Program-made: the position numbers and the translations under genes
Assembly: GCF_001194135.2 (NCBI RefSeq)
Contig: NC_068992.1
Span: forward strand, 8,182,328 to 8,246,327
Length of the DNA: 64,000 bases
Source of the DNA: Octopus bimaculoides
Taxonomy: Eukaryota
Reading direction: 5' to 3'
The notes under the pieces: model-generated
What the model was told of the DNA's origin: nothing
What the model saw: the letters and a program-made list of their open reading frames with translations, nothing else
The model's database searches: none
Part shown: positions 13,446 through 26,669 of the stretch, piece by piece
Numbering within the stretch: the first letter of the stretch is position 1
Layout: each line of letters opens with the position of its first letter

Positions 13446-13922
13446 TCATTCTTTCTTTCTCACACACTGGCTCTCTCCTCCATATCTCTCTCCCTTTCCC
13501 TCTCTCACTCTTTCTTTGTGAGCTTCAATACCCCCCACCCCCACTCCAGTTTAAATGTGTTTGATCTTTGTGCGATTCTCGTTTACTCCCGGTCAGATTC
13601 TCATTCAATGCCTGTTAAATCCTTGTTTAATCCTTGTTTGTCCTCTTCTAATTATTCTTCTTTAAAGAGAATGATAACATTTAAAAAGGAAAACGGCAAA
13701 CTAACTTTTTTTGTCACTGCTTTCCACATTTTATTTCTCATTAGCGGTTGGATATTTCTACAAATATACTCGTACAACAGATGGGGCTACGGTCAGCTTG
13801 ACTTTCCGTACTTTTAGAACGACATTTTACGATTCAGTTGCCATCAACGCAGAGCCATGTAAGGTCACCCTTAAAAGTTGTGGCTCTCAGTGAATTTCCG
13901 TTAGAGACGCTGGCATATCTGT

Positions 13923-14046
13923 GACCACATGGTTCAAGGTTCAGTCCCACAGCGTGGCACCTTGGGCGAGTGTCTTCTACTATAGCCTCAGGCCGACCAA
14001 AGCCTTGTGAGTGGATTTGGTAGACGGAAACTGAAAGAAGCCCGTC

Positions 14047-14126
<80 letters not shown>

Positions 14127-14327
14127 ATGTTTGTGTGTCTGTGTTTGTCCCGCCAGCATCGCTTAACAACCGATGCTCGTGTGTTTATGTCCCCGTAACT
14201 TAGCGGTTCGGCAAAAGAGACCGATAGAATAAGTACAAAGCTTACAAAGAATAAGTCCTGGGGTCGATTTGCTCGACTAAAGGCGGTGCTCCAGTATGGC
14301 CGCAGTCAAATGACTGAAACAAGTAAA
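13923..14327 (+). mobile_element. SINE family A, near full length, with an expanded internal (TA)n
   Basis: B-box GGTTCAGTCCC, internal (TA)n at about 14048-14114, and 3' tail GGCGGTGCTCCAG..GACTGAAACAAGTAAA. Confidence 0.92.
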
Positions 14328-14329
14328 GG

Positions 14330-14390
<61 letters not shown>

Positions 14391-16908
14391 CATTTATCTT
14401 TTTAATTAGACCAATATATGCGTAACGACACACACCATTTCCTGATAAATAAATCAATTCTTTTATTTTATTTGAAACTGATTTGATAACCGTCTCGAAA
14501 TTTATAACTATGCTATATTTTTCGTGTGGGAAGCGTGTATATATGCATGTAGATATAAGTATGGACAGTGTATATATGTGTGTATATGTGTGTGCGTGTA
14601 TCAATATCTAGGTGCATACTTACATTATTTCGTATATGTGTAGATGTGTATGCTTAGATGTATGGATATATGCATATATGAGTGGGCGTGGATAAATTAA
14701 AATTATGTATACGTGTATGGGTGTCTGTCTGTGTGTGTGTGCATGCGAGTGTGTAGGCATGGCCGGTTATCTTTCATGAACTAATCTGTTACCTGCTTTC
14801 ATCACGACAGCTTTCTAAACCATCTATCATTGTTAACTTAGAAATATCTTTCATCTATGACAACTTTGATGGTTGACCTTCTTAATCTTCTTAATTATCC
14901 CGGCTGCACATCCTTATCGTTTTGTCTTTATTTTATTGACAGCATAAAAATAATAGCGTTTCCCGTTCCTTTTCTTTAATTCTATTCAAGAATTTTCCCT
15001 TCACTTTATAGACACAGATGTATCTTTGCACTGTCAACGAACCTATTGCGATAAATAATAATGGATTGAATTAGAATATTCTTTTAAATATCAAGAGCTT
15101 GAACGTTATAACGCAAAGGTCTACGATACGATTTGCGCACAACACGCTACTATTCGCTAGTGAAACGTGTAAAGATCTTGTAATTTATGATGTTATAATA
15201 AAATTTATGAGAATTTGTCTGCTTTATTCTGCTCTCAGATACGCACACTGTAAGTTATTCAAATGTATATGGTACCAAACCAAAATCGGAGGACAAATGT
15301 TGCTTAAAACTCGATTGAAATTTGCCTAAGTAAGAATTTACATAGAGTTCTAAGCATTGGCTGTTATGCTATCTCACCCCGGCATCCGAAACTCGGAGTT
15401 TTATCATGGCTACCGAATAAATGTCACATATTTTTACAGATAAATTCCTCTATTTACATAATATCGAGGTCTCTTTCTTTCTTTTGTTGTCCTTCCTATC
15501 AATATATATATATATATAACTAGCAATTTTGCAGTTTGATATTTCTCATGTGCGACTATCTGTTGTTGATTTTATTGTTATCATCCTTGTTTCTCTTTTG
15601 TTGCCACTGCTGCTGCTGTTGTTGTTGTTGTTGTTGTTATATAGAGAGAAGCATGTAGGTGGTTGCGGTGCACATTTCATATTTCCTACTCATGGCCAGT
15701 TTATTCTATTGGAGATACTTGCAACATTAATTTATACAAATAATTTTTCTTTACGTCGCATTTAAGAGCTTTTTCTTTTTTCATCTTGTCTACAAGTAAT
15801 TTAACTAATATTGGACTCTTACCGAGTTTATAATACCACTCGACCATCACTGTTCGTTGCTGCTGAAGAAAGCTGCACGTACGGGCTTATTAAAGTGTAA
15901 TTTAGAAATACAAACCTACCAGTAACTACTAAACTACTCGAGATGCATTAGAACTGCACAAGAGAAGACCCTACACCCACTAGAACAATTGTGTTCGCGC
16001 GCAACATCATGCGCAAGCATGAATGTAGGAATACATTTAATGAACCTTATCAATGAGGCCAGTATTTCGGGAGCTGATGGTGTTTATTTCACAGCGCCCA
16101 CCTTATGAGAGATTCGAGTTTGAAGACAGCTGTTATATAGAGAAATAGAGGATTCTTCATGCTTAAAAACTAAATATATGCATTAATGATGATCTAAGAT
16201 GTTAATGTTATTGACACTAGACTGATTTCCTTATTTCTTGCTATTTTTTTTTTTACTTTTGTTTTATTTATTTGTATGTATGTTATGTATGTTTACTTTT
16301 GTTTATTTGTATGTCTGCTGTTGTGTTTTTTTTCTTTTTCAAACACTGTTTTGTTTTCGATTTGTAGTTTGCAGAAAATTGTAATTTTATAATGCTATTG
16401 GAATGTTAATTATCGTTATAAATACTAAAACAATGAAATAATAGATAATTTTTAAACAATCAAACCAAAAAAAAAAGAAGAAAATATTACTAAGTAAATA
16501 TATAAACGAAATAGAGATAAACGTGTGTGTGTGTGTATGTGTGTGTGTAAGTGAGAAAGTGTGTGTGTGCATGTGTGTGTGTGTGAGAGAGAGAGAGAAG
16601 AAAAAAATGGGAAAAATTTCAATGAAAAGTAAAAGCAATTCTGTGAAAATGTTTGTTTCATATTCAATATAGAGAACAGAGGATGTGTGACATTTTTGCA
16701 AGTACTGATCAACATCCAGTGTTTGTATTATAGTCGACTGAGTAAGCAAACAGAGACTGGCTGATGTGATCCAGTAACATTAAAGAGTCTTAGTATGATG
16801 AACTCAATGTTGATGTAATACATCATGTTACTACCGTACGTGAAACGGAGTGCATGGTGATATAGTTCGAATTCATACTTAAGTATTAATATTATTCGTT
16901 GGCTATTT

Positions 16909-17103
16909 AAGGTGGCGAGCTGGCAGAATCGTTACGGAGCCTGCCGAAATGCATCTCAGCATTTTGTGCGTCTTTACGTTTTGAGTTCAAATTCCCCCGT
17001 CGACTTTGCCTTTCGGTGCCGATCAAACAAGTCTCAGCTGAGTAGTGCAGCCGATCTGATCAACTTCCCCGAGACTGCTGGCCTTGTGGCAAAATTTGAA
17101 ACC
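16909..17103 (+). mobile_element. SINE family C
   Basis: AAGGTGGCGAGCTGGCAGAATC head, GAGTTCAAATT, GTCGACTTTGCCTTT, tail GGCCTTGTGGCAAAATTTGAAACC. Confidence 0.85.
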
Positions 17104-19118
17104 GATATGTCTATCGCTATTTCTTTTTTTTCTTTTAAAGATGAAAATATTCAATTTGATGTAGATTTGGTTGATATTTCTAGCACATCGGGAGAACGCA
17201 TAGACATCCTCATATTTTGCAATAGGTTACATTAGTAGATGCAGTTTATTGCTGTAAGAAAATGGTGTACTGGGGATGAATAATAAAAAAAAGGAACGTA
17301 TGTTTCTTTAGCTTCCATAGAAAGTTTAGCCATTCAATGAGAGATTTTGATGTAATTTGCAAAAACTAATTAAGCAGACCTATGATTACCAAAGACGTTT
17401 CAGCTGTACCCTGTCTAAGACTTTTAGACAAAATTTATTCAAGACTACATTTTTAAATGTATTCTTCCATTTCAAAGACTGTGAGATGTAATTTAAGGAA
17501 GATTTGGTTGCTATTTCTAGAAAATAGTGTGGTTGCACAAGAGCTTCTTCATTGCTCAACATTTGTGAGAATATCTGTTGCAGGAATTTTACATTCCATG
17601 AGAATCTACGTCATGTGTATTTTAGAAACAAATGGTTTGGATCTCAGAATAGTTTGGAACAAACTTTGGAGGGGGCAATGATGTAGTCGATTTATTCCCC
17701 AAAGGATTCAGGGAATGACAAGGTAATTATACACCGGCACATGTCAATTCATCTAAATAGGGAGATTAAGGAAAATTATCTAAATATTATCAAAGACTTT
17801 CAGGCAAAGAGATGACTCCTAATCGATATATCAACCGAATGAACAACAATATATCCCTAACTGAAAGAAGTTATCCTGTGGAATTAGAGTTATCCAGAAT
17901 GTGGAGATTGGAAGCAAACAATTTCAATAATAATAAGTGCTCTGAGGAATAATTAAAAAAAATGGCATACAAAACAATAAATAAGCAAACATACTTCGTA
18001 GAGTAACAAAAGATGTGCCCACATACATACAAAATATCTGAGAATATCTGAGAACGTGTGCATATATACAATATAGGGAAAAGTTTGTTCGACACTACAA
18101 ACATTATAGTGGAGTACCCAAGGATGAACACAATATACACATAATATATAGGAAATTTCATTACGAGACACTGCGTCATATAATGTAGAGTACATTCAAT
18201 ACAAAATCGTATTCGGCAGAATTGTTAGATGTTTTGGACAAATATATTGTGGTATTTGCTCAAATCCTGCAAAGATAAATTGTACCTTTCGTACAATTTA
18301 CTAAAATGGCTTCAGAGGTGACCTTTCGTCCTTCGGAAGTCTACGAAATATAATACCAGTACAGGACGGTGGATTTCCCGTTATTATAGCGTTGGACAAA
18401 TATTTTATGCTATTTCTTCCGGTTGTTTTCGTTCTGAGTTCGTCTTGCAATCTACATCAGCCATTGTATTTCCTTTAAACATCATCGGTGGCATTGAGAA
18501 AAGAGACTTACTGTACTAGCACTACAATCTTCTATAACGAAAAGAAAAAGTTTGTCTGGATCTATGCCAAGAGAGACACATTCCAGTCGCAGATACAAGA
18601 TCTACACAAAGGAAACCTTAGCAACTGGCATATCGATGATATATTTACTAATATGGCTTCAGAGGTGACCTATTGTGCAACTTGCGGATGTAAATTCTTG
18701 TTCCATTTACTCACTGGTTGTTCAAAAGCTCCAGGGATTAAGAACATAACATTTGTTGCCTTCGCTATAACTTGCCATCTGACAAAATGTATACAGCGGC
18801 GTAGATGGCATAGGCTGTATGAAGTTAAGAAGACACTTGCCCAAGGTGCGACGTAGTGGGACTGAACCCGGAACCATGTGATTGGGAAGTTAGCTTCTTA
18901 CTACAGAGCCACGTATATTTGCATGTATGTATATGTATGTATGTACACGCATGTGTGTGTGTAAGCGTGTTGCTTCGAGTGTAGGGTATCCACATACACA
19001 TATATGTGTACGTTGTACACATATACATATATATGTAAACGTATACATGTACACACATATATACACACATATCTATATATACACATATTTACACACACAC
19101 AAACGTACACACATATAA

Positions 19119-19175
<57 letters not shown>

Positions 19176-19686
19176 CATATACTTGTATATGTATAAATAT
19201 GTGTATAGATGTCTCTGTATGTTTGTATATATGTATATTTTCCTGTGTACGCGCATGTGTGTGTGTGTGTGCATGTCTGTGTGTGTGTGTGTCGTGCGTA
19301 TGGGTGCGAAGGTCTGTGTGAGCATGTTTGTATAGTCGTACGTCAAAATGGTTGATTGCATAGTGTAGTCCAAGGAATGTGATTGTTTTCCTCGTCTTTT
19401 TCTCCATTATCTTATTTCGTTTTATTTCTGATTGTCATTTTCTTCCAGTTTTATCTCCTACCTTAATCCATCCTTCGGTTTCAGTCTAATTTCCTATTTC
19501 CATCATTCACTCTCTCCCTATCTGCCACACTCTCTCCGTGTCTCTCCTTCTATATTTGTGTGTATGTATGTGTGTGTGTGTATATGTATATTATGCATGT
19601 ATATGTGTGTGTGTGCATGTGTGTCTATTTATTTGTGTGCATATGTGTTTATTTATGTATATGTTATATATATATATACACACACG

Positions 19687-19744
<58 letters not shown>

Positions 19745-19891
19745 GTACAAGTATATTGATATATATGCATATGTATATATAGCTGTGTATATTAATAGTA
19801 TGTGTGCGTGTGAGAGTGTATGTATTCATGTATGTATTCCGATATCTCGAGATGACTGCCTTTCAGTCATTTGTACATATCAATGTTTATC

Positions 19892-19923
<32 letters not shown>

Positions 19924-20538
19924 TGTATGTATGTATGTATTATTAGTGTGAGTGTTTGTAAGTGTCCGTGCGATTGCATGCGTGTGTCAATTCAATCTTA
20001 CGCTATTAGCAGGCAAGAACATATATATATACTCATATATAAACGAAAACAACGAACGACAGAAAGCCCCCCTCTAACCCATTCAAATGAAACACGAAAC
20101 ATGACAATATTTCTAATGTCTTCTAAAACTCAAAGATATATTCACACAAGTAGTAGATCTCATCATATACGTTATTGCTATTTCTGGTATAATCGATCGT
20201 ACGACAAAAATGCTATGGTCGATCATTGCGAAAATATACGTTTACAAAGCCAAAAATAAATACACTGAAACCGATTATAAACATTAGAAAGCACGGAATT
20301 TATATTAAGAATTAATTATTATAAATATAAACTTTAAATCAACATTTTCTGTTTCCAATGACATCCAGAATCTTTTTTGGCTTTCGTTTTTAACTGTTTT
20401 GGTGTTAAACTTTGGTACGGTCGGATTCAACGTCAATGAGAAAAAAATGTGCCTGTTTATCCAAACAGATTGTGGTCTAGCTTAACTGCAGCCGTCGACC
20501 AAAGAGTGTCTTTCACTATGAATGGCTATTACTGATAT

Positions 20539-20738
20539 GTGAGTGGATTTGGTAGACAGAAAGTGAAAGAAACCTAGTGGCTGTGTGGTAAGTAGCTTGC
20601 TTACCAACCACATGGTTCCGGGTTCATTCCCACTGTGTGGCACCTTGGGCAAGTGTCTTCTACTATAGCCTCGGGCCGACCAAAGCCTTGTGAGTAGATT
20701 TGGTAGACGGAAACTGAAAGAAGCCCGTCGTATATATG
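20539..20738 (+). mobile_element. SINE family A 5' half, preceded by a duplicated 3' segment
   Basis: The copy at 20576-20738 is highly similar to the other family A copies. GTGAGTGGATTTGGTAGACAGAAAGTGAAAGAAACC at 20539-20574 repeats its distal part. Confidence 0.9.
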
Positions 20739-20744
20739 ATTGGT

Positions 20745-21335
20745 ATTTATCTTATTGGGAATTTGAACTTAGAACGTAGAAACAGACTAAATGCTGCTAC
20801 CCATCGTGCTAACGATTCTGCCAGCTCGCCGCCTTAAACTATACCCAAAATATTAAAAGCCGGAATAAATGCTGCTTAGCATGTTGTCCGACGCGCTAAC
20901 AATTATGTCAGTTCATCATTTTTAATATTGGTTTCACTGCCTTTAATAATCCCTTCTACTGAAATTTTGGCGCGGAGTGGCTTGTCGATTTCACCAACCA
21001 CAATACTGGACTGGTACTTATTTCCCCGACCCCGAGAGAAGGAAATGCAAAGTCGACCTTGGTGGAATTTGAACGTAAAGTCAGATTCAATGCCCCTGAA
21101 TATTTTGTCCGGCATGCAAACGATTCTGCCTGTTCCGGCGCCTTTAATAATGGTTTCAACTTTAAGTAGAAAGATAACAATTCTAGTCAATTACATTGAA
21201 TCCCAGTGTCCAACTGGTAATTATTTTATCGATCCCGAAAGGATGAAAGGTAAAGTCGACCTCGACAGGATTTGAAGTGAGAACATAAAGAGATGAAACA
21301 AATGCCGCGAAGCATTTTGTCTGAAAGCTCTCTGC
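20745..21335 (-). mobile_element. Cluster of three SINE family C copies, all on the minus strand
   Basis: Cores at about 20745-20836, 20952-21144 and 21200-21335. Confidence 0.8.
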
Positions 21336-21489
21336 CTTTAAAAAACCTAGTCGCCATGCCACTATCTTATGGTTTTTGCAGCACGTCAGTCAGCTAGTAA
21401 TGTATGATAGAAGCGATATAGTCATTCGCCATAACTGCTTTATCTTCCAAGAATAGATTTTTCCTCTGCTCGTTTCTATACGTAAGGTC

Positions 21490-21850
21490 TCCACCAAGAC
21501 GTCTTGACTAAATCAGATGCTGAGCACTTTAATCGGTCCATCGATGCTTAACACATGATCCACACATGGTAATGTCGGCGCCATAGAAAGGTACATGCTG
21601 CTTCCATTTCTCAGACATCCAATACTATGATGATCCCGTCGTCTGCGTATGCTGTTACAGTACTCTTGTGTCATGTTTCCATCGAAAACTCTGGCCAAAA
21701 GTATTAACATTGCATTCAATAGTCACGGACTTGTAATTATCCGTGATTACGCGCTGGTTCGAGTCTTTTCTTAACCGTGCCACCACTTCTTGGCCTGCAG
21801 AACTGGGAACACTGTCATTTTCGGTAAAATCTCTTTTCGTTCATTCTCGT
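21490..21850 (-). pseudogene. L1/Tx1-type non-LTR retrotransposon RT remnant with an internal deletion
   Basis: Reads VARLRKDSNQRVITDNYKSVT/LLNAMLILLARVF (RT start motif NFRPITLLN..KILAKV), joined almost directly to HKSTVTAYADDGIIIV (YADD at 21649-21638), then DGPIKVLSI*F (Tx1-like DGPVKLLGVWF). Confidence 0.8.
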
Positions 21851-22429
21851 CGGCTGTTATTCTATAAGTCACGATAGTCATTTTTTTGTTTTGTTTTTTG
21901 AAACAGAATTTTTTAAAAAGTCTTTACCAAGCTCCGCCTTTTACAGAGATCGAACCAAGAAAAAGAACCCACTCGCCTCATGCTTCTGACCAGTCTCTTG
22001 AACAAAAGGCATGCTCTAGCAGGGTAAAAAAAAAAAAAAGACAACTGCATAAATTTATTCAGACTTACAGTGTGTCAAATCAACGTGACGTTCAAGCCGA
22101 GAGCAGTAATAAAAAAAGTAATGATATACGATAATTGAATATTAACTGAATAAATTTAGTTATAATTCAATTTAGATAATTAGGATTTCTTTACTACAAT
22201 TTTATTATTCTTAAAGCACTTCTATAGATATAATATTAAATAAAATATTGTTTAAAATCGAACAAAATGTGTAAATATGGTTGGATTTTGGAAAAAAATA
22301 ATAATCTAGAAATAAAAATAATCGAGTTATTTTGCTTGAATTGTGAAGATGATATAGAAAGAGTCGAAAGTCTGAGCGAGATTTCAGTTCTTTTCCTTTA
22401 GTCAGTACAGAACTCAATAATTACTTCTA

Positions 22430-23017
22430 CTACAGGCACAAACTGAAATTTTGGGGAAAGGGCCTACTCGATTACATTGCCTCGGTGATCAATTTGAACT
22501 AATTTCTTCGACCCCGAAAAGGGGAAGTCGACCGCAGCGGATTTTGAAAATCAGAACGAAGAGACGGACGAATCTGCCTGCTTGCCGCTTTACATAAGAG
22601 AACTTAATAACGGTTTCAAATTTTGGTGCAAGACCAGAAAGTCCGAGGGAAGAAGTAAGTAGATTGCATCAACCTCCAGGGGTCAATTGGTACTTATTTT
22701 ATCGACCCCGAAAGGGTGAAAGACAAAGTCGATCTCGGTGGAATTTGAACACAGAACGTAAAGATGGACGACATGCTGATAAACATTTTGTCCGACGTGT
22801 TAACGCTTCTGCCTTATAGAAATTAATAATACGATAAGATAACAAAAGAATCTCTGCATGGATACTTTATCTGTTGGATATAGTTGTACACATTGGCAGA
22901 CATAGTCGTCACTATTATACTTTTCGTCCGTCTTTACGTTCCAAGTTCAAATTCACTCAAGGTCAACTTTGTCCTTCATCCTTTTGGGGCCAATAAAATA
23001 AGTACCAGTTGAGCACA
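22430..23017. mobile_element. Three SINE family C copies: two minus (22430-22600, 22615-22815) and one plus (22921-23017)
   Basis: The family C core is recognisable in each; the last two form an inverted pair. Confidence 0.8.
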
Positions 23018-23169
23018 TTCTACCACGACTAACCTTTCTTCGTTCACGCATTAAGTTTTCTTCTTCCACATTTAATTCTTCTTCATCCGTAGCTAAACTT
23101 TCCTCTTCCCCAGCTAAATGCCTTCTTCCTCTGTCAATCTGCCTTCCACGGCAAAACTTGTTTCCTCTC

Positions 23170-23345
23170 TAGTGAAGCAGCTCGTTTTGCAACCACGTGG
23201 TTTCGGGTTCAGTCCTACTGCGTGGTTCCTTAGGCAAGTGTCTTCTCCTACTGTCCCAGCGACCAATACTTCTAAGTGAATTTGTTAGATTTTGCGTGGA
23301 AACCTGACACTTATACACACACACACACATTGCGTGTGTGTGTGT

Positions 23346-23384
<39 letters not shown>

Positions 23385-23605
23385 CGTCTTTGTGTTTGCA
23401 CGCTGTGTGTTCCCCACCAATGCTTGACAATCGGCGTCGGTTTGTTTACATCTCCGTAACCTAGCACGATATATAAGTACCAGGAATAAAAAATAAATAC
23501 TGAAGTATATTTGTACTGAGGTATATTTGTACTGAGGTACATTTGTTCCTTCAAGCTGGTGTTCTAGCATGGCCGCCGCCCATTGACTGAAAACAAGCAA
23601 GCAAT
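23170..23605 (+). mobile_element. Old SINE family A copy with an internal (CA)/(TG)n and a 16-bp x3 tandem in the tail
   Basis: GGGTTCAGTCC B-box; TACTGA(A/G)GTA(T/C)ATTTG x3 at 23498-23545; tail GGTGTTCTAGCATGGCC..GACTGAAAACAAG. Confidence 0.8.
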
Positions 23606-24349
23606 AAAAGATAACTGAAAGTCGATGAGTGACGATCTATCAGAAACAGTACAGCCACAGCCACAACCACGTACAAAATGCTTTATAGTTTTACGATACG
23701 GCCTTTTACGTACCGAATTCAAGCTATGCCAATACTGACTTTCATCCCTCTGAGGTCGAAGAAAAAATGCACTGATAAGACACTAGAATAGAATCAATCG
23801 AATGTATCCTCTAACACTATCCTTAAAACATTGTTTTTGTGCCAAAGTTTAGAACTCAATATTTTATTATTACTAGTACTATACTAATGACAAATTTGCT
23901 CACAGAGTTGTTTATGAAAATAATGATGTCTTCCATTGGCACCAAGCCACACGTTCATGAATGAGGAGAAGGGAGTGTGTGGTCGATGAATCCATTTTAG
24001 TATATGACTGGTGTTTATTTTATCGACACCACAGTAGACAGATTCTACGTTAAATGTAGAAGCATTGACTTGAGTATTGCTTTTCGTGTGGGTGGTGCAT
24101 TTAGGAAAATTTTCACAGTAATTTATACTCTCAAATAAGTCAATTATCTACACGAGGGTCCCTAACAACCTGACCGCTAATCAGTACCGGAGATGAATGA
24201 TTTGGTACCGGGCCGCACAGAAAGTATAAATTTTGGAATTTTGCTTCCATTTTATTGACTTTCGTAGTTAGCAGGGTTTTGTTTGCATTTATATTATGAA
24301 TTATATATTGCATATATACATAAATATACACGCACACAAACGTACTGTG

Positions 24350-24569
24350 AAGGCGCATGGCTCAGTGGTTTGATCGTGAGGTAGTGAGTTCGATTCCGGG
24401 ATCGGGCTGTGTTATGTTCTTGAGCAATACACTTTATTTCATGTTGCTCCAGTTCACTCAGCAGTAGGAAATAAGTGGCGACGTCACAGGTGCCAAGTTG
24501 TATCGGCTTTTACCTTTCTCTTGGACATCGGTGGAGGGGATACTGGTCCACATAGACAAGCCCGACTAA

Positions 24570-24571
<2 letters not shown>
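24350..24571 (+). mobile_element. tRNA-derived SINE, family D (V/Meta-domain-like central region)
   Basis: GCGCATGGCTCAGTGG A-box, GAGTTCGATTCC B-box, then GTTCTTGAGCAATACACTT..TTGCTCCAGTTCACTCAGC, which resembles the conserved metazoan SINE central domains (from recall). Confidence 0.75.
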
Positions 24572-24616
<45 letters not shown>

Positions 24617-24709
24617 ACAATCTACAGTTAATTTTGCGATACATTTCAAGGCAGCTTATGATTCGGTCAATTTAATGTTTTGTTTCAGCTTCCCCCTTCT
24701 CCTCCCCCC

Positions 24710-24764
<55 letters not shown>

Positions 24765-24921
24765 CTCTCTATATATATATGTCCTTTCTCTATCGGCTTC
24801 TTTATCACTCTGCATTCTTCTCGTTCTCTTTATCTTTTACTCTTCACCCAATGTCTCTCCCTTCCCCCCCTCTCTCTCTCTATCCATCTGTCTTTTATTT
24901 TACTGTCTCTCCCACTAGCTT

Positions 24922-25000
<79 letters not shown>

Positions 25001-25659
25001 CCCTGCCTAAAATCTCCAATTGCTTATCCCCTCCTCGTTCCACTTCACATATCATCACTGTCTTGGCTTCATTTCTTCGGGAATAAATAATCAGAGTTTT
25101 GAATCTTCTTCTCCAGGTTCCTTCAATGAATCTATAACTCACCCAACCCCACCCCGGCCACCTCATCCCAACTCCCCACCAGTGGAAAAAACACTTATTG
25201 AACTTAACCAATAATTCATCTCCATCATACGCATGTCAAATTATATATTTTCTTACTTTAATTCTTTTTTATTTACTTCCTTTCATTAATGGGGAGTCTA
25301 GAAATATTTTCTCGTCTTTATTACTTTCTATTTCAAATTTTCGACCGTTTAATTTGCTCAAATTCTGACTCTTTTCCAACCTTGCTAAAAATCGTACAAA
25401 AGGCCGTTTCTCTTAAATTACATCTAGCTCCCTCTCTATCATCCTCCTCTTTTTGTATTCTTTCTCGCTTTATGCATACATTTTCCACTGAGAGACTAAC
25501 CCTGCCTCATGTAGATATACATGATAGATAAATATCGATATGCATATATGCATAAAAACACGTGAAGTCAAGTTACACACACATATATTTGTGTGTGTGT
25601 ATGTGTGTGTATGTGTATATGCATATAATATATATATATACCTTTATACATATATATGC

Positions 25660-25950
25660 AGTTTCCGTCTACCAAATCCACTCACAAGGCTTCGGTCGGC
25701 CCGAAGCTATAGTAGAAGCCACTTACCCAAGGTGCCACGCAGTGGGATTTGAACCCGGAACCATGTGGTTGGTAAGCAAGCTACTTACCACACAACCACT
25801 CTTACGCCTATATGGGCTTCTTTCTGTTTCTGTCTACCCAATCCACTCACAAAACATTGAACGGATGGAGGCTATTGTAGAAAACATTTACCGAATGTGC
25901 CATACGGTGGGACTGAACCCGGAACCATGCGGTTGGGAAGCAAACCTCTC
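25660..25950 (-). mobile_element. Two SINE family A heads in tandem
   Basis: GTTTCCGTCTACCAAATCCACTCACAAGG...CTACTTACCACACAACCACT at 25661-25800, then an older copy at about 25810-25950. Confidence 0.85.
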
Positions 25951-26669
25951 CTCCATGCGCGTGCGCACGCACACATACATACACTCATCCCACACACACG
26001 CGCGCATGTATATATCCTTGTACTATAGGCATACGGCCTGCACATGCGTATACATACAGAATACATTTGTTTGTGTGAGAATGTATGTATATACGTGTGT
26101 ATATACGTGTGTATATACGTGTGTATGTTTATTCGTGAGTGTTAGTCTGCATGTATGTGATAATGTGTTTGTGTGCGTGTGCCTGTATGTGTGCATGTGT
26201 GTGTATATGCGTGTGCGTGTGCGTGCGTGTGTAAATGTAGATTCATGTGTGTGTATGCATGTATATAATCTATCAATCTCTGTGCAAATGTATGCGTTGG
26301 TGTAAAACATAATTTCAATTTCGTGAAGGGGACGTATTGAGAGGTGTGTAATCGCAAGACGCAAAATATATTAGACTTTTAGGCAAGTAGATCAAAACTA
26401 AAACGAAAAAAAAAAAAATAATAAATAAGCAAGAAAACCCGCTTATACTATTGTTCACGTGATGACTGCTGGGAGCCAATTAGAGGAGACAGTGATAAAG
26501 CTATTATTCTCTGTGGAAATTGCTTGTAGCTTTCTACAACTATAATTAAAGTTCAGAACTGCAGTACAATTCACAATGATGTATTTTACGATTTCAATTG
26601 GTTATCGTGTTTCAAATACTCTATTGCCAGTGTATAATAGGCTAATAATCTATCTTCAATACATACTGA

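Noticed and set aside
16795-16870. C-box-like ATGATGA, possible C/D snoRNA
   Set aside because: No suitably placed CTGA D-box or terminal stem.
19004-19946. Many YIYI/HTHT/VCVC ORFs throughout the window
   Set aside because: These are translations of (TA)n, (CA)n and (TG)n microsatellites.
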